Shown piece by piece: positions 48,040-55,846 of a stretch of DNA of 64,000 nt. Within the stretch, counting starts at the first letter, position 1; every line of letters begins with the position of its first letter. Made by a program: the position numbers and the translations under genes. Under the pieces are notes generated by a model. That model did not search any database, had not been told where the DNA came from, and saw nothing but the letters and a program-made list of their open reading frames with translations. The DNA comes from an uncultured Actinomycetes bacterium (GTDB lineage: Bacteria > Actinomycetota > Actinomycetes > Acidothermales > Acidothermaceae): positions 765,782 through 829,781 of the forward strand of contig CAVVEX010000016.1 of NCBI GenBank assembly GCA_963747395.1. The letters run 5' to 3'.

Positions 48040-49285
48040 ATGGAGACCATGCGCGGCGACGACGACATCATCGACTGGCGGTGCAAGGGCTTTCCCGCGG
48101 TCGACACGAGCGTCGCCCAGTTCGTCGCCGGCCGGCCGCCATTGTTCGACGCCGGCTTCAGCTGGCCGATCCTCGCGCTGCGCGAGTCGGCCATCGAGCA
48201 CAACGTGCGGGTGCTGTCGTCGTGGTGCGGCGTGCACGGGATCTCCCTTGCCCCGCACGGAAAGACGACGATGGCCCCGGCGTTGTTCGACCGGCAGCTC
48301 GCGGCGGGAGCCTGGGCGATGACCGCCGCGACGCCGTGGCAGGTGCGCGCGTACCGGGCGTTCGGCGTGCGCCGGATTCTGCTGGCCAACGAGCTCGTCG
48401 ACACCTCCGCCGTCGACTGGCTCGTTCGCGAGCTCGCCGACCCCGAGTTCGACTTCTACTGCTACGTCGACTCACCGGCTGGCGCGACGCTGCTCGGGGA
48501 CGCCGCGCGAGACGCCCCAAGGGCGGTGCGGGTGGTCGTCGAACGCGGCCTGCCTGCGGGCCGCACCGGGGTCAGGTCGGACGACGCCGCACGCGACCTC
48601 GCGCGGCACGTGCGGCAGATCCCGTCGCTGTCGCTGGTCGGTGTCGCCGGCTACGAGGGGCCGCTCGGCCACGACCGCGACGAGGGCACGCTCGGAGCGG
48701 TGAGCTCCTACACCCGCGGGTTGGCGGAGTTGCTCGCCAGCCTTGACGCCGACGGGCTGCTCGACGCCGACGCCGCCGAGCTCGTGCTCAGTTGCGGCGG
48801 CAGCGGGCACGTCGACGTGGTGACCGAGGCGTTGCGTCGTCCGATCGAGGCTTCTCGACCGGTGCGCCGGGTGCTGCGCAGCGGCTCGTACATCACGCAC
48901 GACGACGGCCTCTATGCGCAGACGTCCTCACTGGCGGGGGAGTTGCGCTCCGCGATCGAGGTGTGGTGCCAGGTGTTGTCACGACCCGAGCCTGGCCTCG
49001 CGCTGCTGGGCGCGGGGCCGCCGGGATGTGTCGTTCGACTCAGGACTGCCAGTGCCGTTGCTGCGCAGGGACGGATCGGGATCGCTGCGCGCACTCAGCG
49101 GTGCGGTGGTGAGACTCAACGACCAGCACGCGTTCTTGTCCGTCGCCGAGACGACGCCGCTGGAGGTCGGGGACCTGGTCTGCCTCGGCATCTCGCATCC
49201 ATGCACCGCACTCGACCACTGGCGGTTGGCGCCGTTGCTCGACGACGATCGAAGGGTCGTCGATTGTGTGCGGCTGTACTTCTGA
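48040..49285 (+). pseudogene. DSD1-family (alanine-racemase-fold, PLP) D-amino-acid/amino-sugar-acid deaminase or aldolase, one frameshift at 49013-49016
   Basis: Frame 1 reads WPILALRESAIEHNVRVLSSWCGVHGISLAPHGKTTMAP...GYEGPLG...LRSGSYITHDD...LLGAG. After an extra G in the GGGG run, the next frame reads RRDVSFDSGLPVPL...VRLNDQHAFL...GDLVCLGISHPCTALDHW...RLYF*. Confidence 0.8.
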
Positions 49286-49315
49286 ACCCGAGACTTCGGA
49301 AAACGAGGAACGCTG

Positions 49316-49982
49316 ATGCCCGACCGTCCCACGCTGCCGGACGAGCTCACCTCCACGGGCGTGGTCGCGATCGCGCGCGCGTCGTCGACGCGGCGCATCG
49401 TGGCCGCGGTCGAAACCGTGGTCCGGGCGGGCGTCACCTGCGTCGAGCTGACGATGACGACGCCAGGGGCGGTCGACGCCATCGCCGCGCTGGCGTCGTC
49501 GCTCGGCGACACGGCGTGCGTCGGGGCCGGCACCGTGTTGACGACGCAACAAGCGCGGGAGTGCATCGAGGCGGGCGCGAAGTTCATCGTCGCGCCGAGC
49601 GCGGTGCCCGACGTCGTCGAATTCGCTTCCGCGCAAGGGATTCCGGTGCTCCCCGGTGCTCTGACGCCGTCTGAGATCGTGACCGCGTGGCTCGCCGGCG
49701 CCGCGGCGGTGAAGGTGTTCCCGGCGTCGGCGGTCGGGCCGCGGTACGTGCGCGACGTGCGCGCGCCACTGCCCGACATCCCGCTGCATTCCGACCGGCG
49801 GCGTGGCGATCGACGACGTGCCGGAGTACCTCGCGGCCGGCGCGATCGCGGTCGGTCTCGGCGGCCCGCTCTTCGGCGACGCCTTGAGCGACGCCGCGGA
49901 CGGTGACCTCGACGCGCTGTCCGCCCGGGCGAGGCGGCTGCTCGACGTCGTCCGGGTCGCGCGCGAGGGCCAGCCGGTATGA
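49316..49982 (+). pseudogene. eda: 2-dehydro-3-deoxy-phosphogluconate / 4-hydroxy-2-oxoglutarate aldolase, one frameshift at about 49787
   Basis: VVAIARASS...VELTMTTPGA...VGAGTVLT...FIVAPS...PGALTPSE...AVKVFPAS...PDIPL, then ctgCatt. Removing the C restores IPTGGVAIDDVPEYLAAGAIAVGLGG... ending at the TGA at 49980-49982, which overlaps the ATG of the next gene. Confidence 0.85.
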
Positions 49983-50929
49983 CGGCCGAGCTGGTCACGC
50001 TCGGCGAGACGATGGGCGTGCTCGCCGCCGACGAGATCGGGCCGCTGCGCAACGGCCACCGGATGGTGCTGGGCGTCGCGGGCGCCGAGAGCAACGTCGC
50101 CATCGGCGTCTCCCGGCTCGGCCGGCCGGCGACCTGGATCGGCCGGGTCGGCGGCGACCCGGTCGGCCGCCTGGTGTTGCGCGAATTGCGCGCCGAGGGC
50201 GTCGACGTGTCGCATGCCGTCACCGATCGCGACGCCGCGAACGGGCTCATGGTGAAGGTCCGCCGCACGACCGCCACCGCCGAGGTGATCTACGCGCGTC
50301 GCGACAGCGCCGGTTCGCGACTGCGCCCCGACGACCTGCCGGCCGACGTCATCGCGTCGGCGCGCGTGCTGCACGTCACCGGCGTCACGCCCGCGCTCGG
50401 CGAAACCGCGCGCGCCGCCGTCTTCCGCGCCGTAGAGATAGCGCGGGCGAGCCGCGTGCCGGTCAGCTTCGACGTCAACCATCGCGCCAGATTGTGGTCG
50501 GACGACGAGGCGGCGGCGGTGCTCGGCGACCTGCTCAAGCAATGCGACATCGTCTTCGCGTCGGAGCACGAGGCTGCGCTGATCGTGGGTGATTGTGATG
50601 CGGCCGACGCCGCGACGCGACTCGCGGAGGTGGGACCACGGCACGCGATCATCAAGCGTGGGGAGCGCGGCTACCTCGCCCGGGTCGACGGCGAGCAGTT
50701 CAGCGGGCCTGCCGTGACCGTCCCGGTCGTCGACCCGGTCGGCGCGGGCGACGCGTTCGTGGCCGGATACCTTGCATCCTGGCTGGACGGCGCCGCGCCC
50801 GCGCTGGCGTTGGAGACCGCCAACCTGGTCGGCGCGTTCGCGGTGGCGGCGCCGGGTGACTGGGAAGGGCTGCCCACCCGCGAGGAGCTCGCGGCGTTCG
50901 TGCGCCGCACGGACGCCGTCACCCGTTAG
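49979..50929 (+). CDS. PfkB-family sugar kinase (2-dehydro-3-deoxygluconokinase-like)
   Basis: LVTLGETMGVL, GAESNVAIGVSRLG, and the C-terminal DPVGAGDAFVAGYL. Confidence 0.85.
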   Translation: MTAELVTLGETMGVLAADEIGPLRNGHRMVLGVAGAESNVAIGVSRLGRPATWIGRVGGDPVGRLVLRELRAEGVDVSHAVTDRDAANGLMVKVRRTTATAEVIYARRDSAGSRLRPDDLPADVIASARVLHVTGVTPALGETARAAVFRAVEIARASRVPVSFDVNHRARLWSDDEAAAVLGDLLKQCDIVFASEHEAALIVGDCDAADAATRLAEVGPRHAIIKRGERGYLARVDGEQFSGPAVTVPVVDPVGAGDAFVAGYLASWLDGAAPALALETANLVGAFAVAAPGDWEGLPTREELAAFVRRTDAVTR

Positions 50930-50945
50930 CGAAAGGAGACCGGTC

Positions 50946-51329
50946 ATGTCGTTGCGACGCCTTCAGGTCGAGGGGGCGCCCGCGCCAGGTGGGGCGTACT
51001 CACAAGCCGTCGAGGCGAACGGCTTCTTGTACACCGCCGGGTTCGGGCCGATCGACCCGCAGACGGGGGCGATCGTCGGCGACGACGTCGGCGAGCAGAC
51101 CCGGCAGGTGATGCGGAACCTCGGCGCCGTGCTCGCGACGGCCGGCCTCGGGTTCGACGACGTCGTCAAAGCGACGGTGCACCTCGCCGACGTCGCGCGC
51201 GACTTCGCGGGCTTCAACGCCGTGTACAGCGAGTTCTTCACAAACGGTTTCCCAGTCCGGACGACGGTCGGCTCCGCCCTCCCGCGCATCCTGGTCGAGA
51301 TAGACGTCGTCGCCGCGCTGCGTCAATGA
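50946..51329 (+). CDS. RidA family (reactive enamine/imine deaminase) protein
   Basis: APAPGGAYSQAVEANGFLYTAGFGPIDPQTG...VVKATVHLAD...PVRTTVGSALPRILVEIDVVA. The ATG at 50946 follows GAAAGGAG. Confidence 0.88.
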   Translation: MSLRRLQVEGAPAPGGAYSQAVEANGFLYTAGFGPIDPQTGAIVGDDVGEQTRQVMRNLGAVLATAGLGFDDVVKATVHLADVARDFAGFNAVYSEFFTNGFPVRTTVGSALPRILVEIDVVAALRQ

Positions 51330-52549
51330 CGCCAGCCGCGACGGCCGTGGACTCCGCGGTTTACGCGTTCGTCGACGACTTCCTCGACGAAGGCCCATCT
51401 GAGGTCGCCAACCGCCTTGCCAGCCAAGGTTTCTCGGCGGTGGCGCTCGCCGCGGTGTACCACGCGGCGCGCGACCTGCTGCCGCACAACCCACGACGGG
51501 TGGTGGCGCACCGAAGGGAAGCGACGCACTACTTCCCGCCCGCGGAGTCGCTTTATCGCGGCGAGTTGCGACCGCTGGCCGCCGCCCGGCCCGCGCTGCC
51601 GGAGGTCGCCGCTGGCGTCGAGGCGGCCGGCCTGTCGTGGCACGCGTGGACGGTGTACCTGCACAACGGCCGGCTCGCCGCCGAGCGGCCCGATCTCGCG
51701 GTCACCAACGCGTTCGGCGACGTCTACGAGACCGACCTTTGCCCGTCGTCCGCCGAGGTCGCCGACTACGCGGTGGCGTTGACGGCTGACGTGGCGCGGC
51801 TCGGGCCCGGGCTGATCCTGGCCGAGTCGTTGCACCACGCGGGGTTCTCGCACGGGGCGCATCACGAGCGCGCGTTCGTGCCGGTGTCTGCGTCCGCCGA
51901 TTTCCTGCTGTCACTGTGCTTTTGCGCTGCGTGCGGCTCGCGCGCAGGCGTGGGCGCCGAGATCGACGTCGACGCGTTGGCCGCAAGGGTGCGCGGCGTC
52001 GTCCGCGACGAGCTTCGCGACCCGACGCCGTCGCCGCAGGGCCCCGACCGAGCGGAGTTGGCGCGGCGCTGTGGCCCCGAGCTGCTCGACTACCTCGCCG
52101 TGCGCGAGTCGTCGGTGACCGCGCTCGTCGCGCGATGCGCATCGGCCGCCCGCCAGCACGGCACTCGGTTCGGCTTCATCGACCAGACCGGCGCGTTGAA
52201 GGGTTACGCGACCGGTGAGCCGTCCGGCGCCTCCAGTTGCGACGACGCCTGGCGACTCGGCGTCGCTCCGCGGGCGATGGCGAGGGAGGTCGACGCATAT
52301 GTCGCCTTGGCGTACGCGAAGAGTTCGCAGCGGGTGGCGCTCGATGTCACGGCGTACGCGAACGCGCTCGGCTCGACGCCGCAGCGCTGCGTGCTGCGGC
52401 ACGGTCGGCCGGACCTCGTCGCCGAGGGAGACCTCCGGGAAAAGGTGGCTGCCGCAAGGGAAAACGGCGCGGCGGCAATCGACTTTTATCACTACGGATT
52501 GATGCCGCTTCGCGGACTGGACGCCGCCGCCGCGGCGATCGGGAGCTGA
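51326..52549 (+). CDS. hypothetical protein (407 aa), no family recognised
   Basis: Uninterrupted high-GC3 ORF. An ATGA overlap with the RidA stop, and its own stop lies 1 nt before the next start. Contains LAESLHHAGFSHGAHHERAF and LSLCFCAACGSRAG. Confidence 0.7.
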   Translation: MTPAATAVDSAVYAFVDDFLDEGPSEVANRLASQGFSAVALAAVYHAARDLLPHNPRRVVAHRREATHYFPPAESLYRGELRPLAAARPALPEVAAGVEAAGLSWHAWTVYLHNGRLAAERPDLAVTNAFGDVYETDLCPSSAEVADYAVALTADVARLGPGLILAESLHHAGFSHGAHHERAFVPVSASADFLLSLCFCAACGSRAGVGAEIDVDALAARVRGVVRDELRDPTPSPQGPDRAELARRCGPELLDYLAVRESSVTALVARCASAARQHGTRFGFIDQTGALKGYATGEPSGASSCDDAWRLGVAPRAMAREVDAYVALAYAKSSQRVALDVTAYANALGSTPQRCVLRHGRPDLVAEGDLREKVAAARENGAAAIDFYHYGLMPLRGLDAAAAAIGS

Positions 52550-52550
52550 C

Positions 52551-54110
52551 GTGTTCGACGTGGTGCTGCGCGGCGGGTCGGTGGTCGACGGCGACGGCTC
52601 GCAACCTCGGCCAGCCGACGTCGGCGTCGCCGGCGACTCGATCACGGCGGTCGTTCAGCCGGGCGGGCTCGACGCCGCCGACACCCGTGAGCGGGTCGAT
52701 TGCCAGGGCCGGTTCGTCTTCCCGGGGTTCATCGACGCCCATGTCCATGGCGACGCGCTCGTCTTCGAGCCGGCCGTGCAGCTGGCCGCGCTGGCGCAAG
52801 GCGTCACGACGTTCGTCGTCGGGCAGGACGGTTTGTCGTTCGCGCCGTCGTCGCCGCCGACCGCGAGCTACGTCGGCGACTATTTCGCCGCCGTGAACGG
52901 GCGGTGGGACCGTGGCGACACGCCAAGCACGATCGGCGAGTTGCTGACGGCCTACGACCGCGCCACGACCTTGAACGTCGCCGCGGTCACGCCGCACGGG
53001 AACCTGCGGTTCGAGGTGCTCGGAGCCGCCGACGTCGCCGCCGACGACGCGGCGCTGGCGTCGATGCGCGAAATCCTCGAGCGGTCGCTGGCCGACGGCG
53101 CGGTCGGCATGTCAACCGGGCTCGACTACGTGCCGGGCAGGTTCGCCGACGCCCGCGAGCTGGCCGCGCTCTGCGAGGTGGTCGCGGCCGCGGGCGGGGT
53201 GTACGTCACGCATATGCGAGGCTACGAGAGCGCGGCCCCCCACGGCATGGCGGAGGTTCGTGAAATCGCCGAGCGCAGCGGCGCTCTGGCGCACGTCAGC
53301 CACTACCACGGCCCGGCGGCCCTCTTGGGTGACCTGGTCGACCGCATGCGCGCCGACGGCATCGACGTCACGTTCGACAGCTATCCCTACGTCGTCGGCT
53401 CTTCCATCCTCGCGATGGCCGCGCTGCCGGCCTCGATCCAAGAGGGCGGTCCCGAGGCGACGCTGAACCGACTGGCGGACAGCGGGCGTCGCGCTGAGCT
53501 CGCTCGCGATTGGTTCCCGACGAAGAACGACGACTTCGGCCGCATCCGGCTCTCGCACGTCGCGGCGCCCGCGTTCGGCTGGGCCGAGGGCATGCCGCTC
53601 ACTGCCGCGGCGGAGCGGGCGGCGATGCCGGTCGGCGAGTTCGTCTGCGAGTTGCTGGTCGCCGCGCGCTTGGACGTCGGCGCGGTCTTCCGCCACCCGC
53701 CCACGAATTCGGACGACGAGGTGCGCGCGCTGCTTCGACACGAGGCGCAACTCGTCGGCTCCGACGGGATCTTTCTCGGTGGTGCGCCGCATCCGCGCGG
53801 CTGGGGGACGTTCGCGCGCTGCCTGGGCACGCACACCCGCGACCAGCGGGACTGGACGTGGGGTGACGCGGCCGCACATCTCGCTGGACGCGCCGCGCGC
53901 CGGTTCGGCTTTGCCGCACGGGGTTTCGTGCGCGAGGGGTTCGCGGCGGACCTCGTCGTCCTCGACCCGCAGACCGTCACCGACAACGCGACGTACGACG
54001 ATCCGCGACGGCCGGCGTCCGGTGTTGAACGCGTGTACGTCAATGGAGTGCTGGCCTTCGCCGGCGGCGAGGTCGTCGCCGGCGGCTGCGGTCGCGCGCT
54101 GCGCCGCTAG
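52551..54110 (+). CDS. N-acyl-D-amino-acid deacylase (D-aminoacylase) family amidohydrolase
   Basis: MFDVVLRGGSVVDGDG, FPGFIDAHVHGD, VYVTHMR, SHYHG, and FAADLVVLDP at the C-terminus. Confidence 0.85.
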   Translation: MFDVVLRGGSVVDGDGSQPRPADVGVAGDSITAVVQPGGLDAADTRERVDCQGRFVFPGFIDAHVHGDALVFEPAVQLAALAQGVTTFVVGQDGLSFAPSSPPTASYVGDYFAAVNGRWDRGDTPSTIGELLTAYDRATTLNVAAVTPHGNLRFEVLGAADVAADDAALASMREILERSLADGAVGMSTGLDYVPGRFADARELAALCEVVAAAGGVYVTHMRGYESAAPHGMAEVREIAERSGALAHVSHYHGPAALLGDLVDRMRADGIDVTFDSYPYVVGSSILAMAALPASIQEGGPEATLNRLADSGRRAELARDWFPTKNDDFGRIRLSHVAAPAFGWAEGMPLTAAAERAAMPVGEFVCELLVAARLDVGAVFRHPPTNSDDEVRALLRHEAQLVGSDGIFLGGAPHPRGWGTFARCLGTHTRDQRDWTWGDAAAHLAGRAARRFGFAARGFVREGFAADLVVLDPQTVTDNATYDDPRRPASGVERVYVNGVLAFAGGEVVAGGCGRALRR

Positions 54111-54133
54111 TTCGACAGCGCCCGTGAGCGAGC

Positions 54134-54706
54134 TCAGTTCTTGTTGCGCTCGTAGTACCGCGCGACGCGGGTGCGGTTGCCGCACACCGTCGATGAGCAC
54201 CACCGCCGCCGCGGATGCGTCTGTGAGAAAAGCAGATCGCAGTCAGGCGCCTCGCAGCGGCGCGTCTTGGCGGCGAGTTCGCTCGCGAGGTACTCGGCGG
54301 CCGACTCGGCGAGCGCGGCCAGGAGCGCGGCGCCGCCGTCCGCGTCGCGGATCACCTCGAGATATCCACCGGCGCCGTCCCAGCGCAGCACGGGGTGGCT
54401 GGGCGCGCCGCGCAAGGCGGCGTTGACCGCGTCGAGCGCGGGTTGCGGCGGCGGCACGCCGTCGACGACGGCGTCAAGCGCGATCCCGACGTGCTCGCGC
54501 AACCCGACCACCGCCAGCCGCACCGGCTCGGTGACCTGGGCGTGGGGCACCCGGTCGGACTCCATCGCCAGCCACTGCTGGAGCCCGAGGCTCGTGCCGA
54601 ACTGGTCGGTCGGGGCGTCGACACCGCGGGCGCGCAGCGGCCGGGTGTTGACGAAGTCGAGGGGGAGCGGCTCGCCGACAAGCGGCGCCAAGATCCTCGC
54701 AGGCAC
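54134..54706 (-). CDS. CGNR zinc-finger domain protein (putative stress-induced transcription regulator)
   Basis: The C-terminus CEAPDCDLLFSQTHPRRRWCSSTVCGNRTRVARYYERNK is the CGNR zinc-finger signature. Confidence 0.85.
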   Translation of the reverse strand: MPARILAPLVGEPLPLDFVNTRPLRARGVDAPTDQFGTSLGLQQWLAMESDRVPHAQVTEPVRLAVVGLREHVGIALDAVVDGVPPPQPALDAVNAALRGAPSHPVLRWDGAGGYLEVIRDADGGAALLAALAESAAEYLASELAAKTRRCEAPDCDLLFSQTHPRRRWCSSTVCGNRTRVARYYERNKN

Positions 54707-54786
54707 GGGTCTAACGCTAACATCCCGCCGCCATGCATTAGCAAGGAAACGCTCACGCCGACGAGAGCAGCTTCACGCCCTGGAAT

Positions 54787-55725
54787 TTGTTCAGAGCGCG
54801 GCCGACCCGCCGATTAGTGCAGACGAGTGACAGGGAGGTCCGAGTGGTGACCGTGCCGGTGCCGGCGGCGACGCCCGAGATGGCCGCGAGCATCGCTGCG
54901 GTCTTCGCGAACAGCAAGGCGATGATGCTGCTGGTCGACGATCAACAGCGGCTGGTCGCCGTCAATGACGCGATGGCGCACGCGTTGCCGGGCGCCGACG
55001 TCGCAAGCCTGGTCGGTGAGGACGTCGCGCTCCTGGTGGCGGCCCGGCACGTTCCGGAGTTCCGCCAGGCGTTGCGCGACGCGGCCCGAGGGACAGCGTC
55101 GACCCAGGAGCACACCCTCGCGTCCGCCAGCCCCACCGGCGCCCGCGGCGTCGCCTGGTCGATCACCAGGGTCAGCGAGTCGCCATGCCTGATCGCCTGC
55201 GTCGGCGTTGACATCACCGCCGCCCGTGAAGAGGTGGAGAACCTGCGGTCCCGCGCCGCCACCGACGAGCTCACCGGTCTTGCCAACCGCGCCGGGTTGC
55301 TCGAGCATCTCGAGACGATGGACGGCACCGGCGCGTCCGTGGTTTTTTGCGACCTCAACGGGTTCAAGTCCGTGAACGATCGGCTGGGTCACGCGGCCGG
55401 CGACGCCGTCCTCGTGCAGACCGCCCGCAGGTTGCGGCGCACCGTCCGCGGTGAGGACTTCGTGGCGCGACTCGGCGGCGACGAGTTCGTGATCGTGGTG
55501 CCGCCGTCGCCCGACGCGGACTTCGAAGGACTCGCCCGGCGGCTTTTGCGCGCCATCGAGCAACCGATGATCCTTCCCGGCGGCGTGGCCGCGACGATCG
55601 GCATGTCCATCGGCGAGGCGATCCTCACGCCGGGCGTCGAACCCGCGCAGGTGCTCACCAGGGCGGACGCCGAGATGTACAAGATGAAGTCGCGCAAGCC
55701 GACACGGACCAGCGCCGACGCCTGA
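54787..55725 (+). CDS. diguanylate cyclase (sensor domain + GGDEF with I-site)
   Basis: DELTGLANRAG, RGEDFVARLGGDEFVIVV (RxxD five residues before GGDEF). The start is uncertain (possible GTG near 54844). Confidence 0.85.
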   Translation: MFRARPTRRLVQTSDREVRVVTVPVPAATPEMAASIAAVFANSKAMMLLVDDQQRLVAVNDAMAHALPGADVASLVGEDVALLVAARHVPEFRQALRDAARGTASTQEHTLASASPTGARGVAWSITRVSESPCLIACVGVDITAAREEVENLRSRAATDELTGLANRAGLLEHLETMDGTGASVVFCDLNGFKSVNDRLGHAAGDAVLVQTARRLRRTVRGEDFVARLGGDEFVIVVPPSPDADFEGLARRLLRAIEQPMILPGGVAATIGMSIGEAILTPGVEPAQVLTRADAEMYKMKSRKPTRTSADA

Positions 55726-55846
55726 GCGATTCGCCGCCACGGCCCTGCCAAATCGGCAACAGGCCGCGCACCGTTGGCATAGTTGACCGCGTGACGACCG
55801 GCGAGCAGCTGCTGTCGGCCTGGAAGCCAGGCGGCGGTACGCGGCC

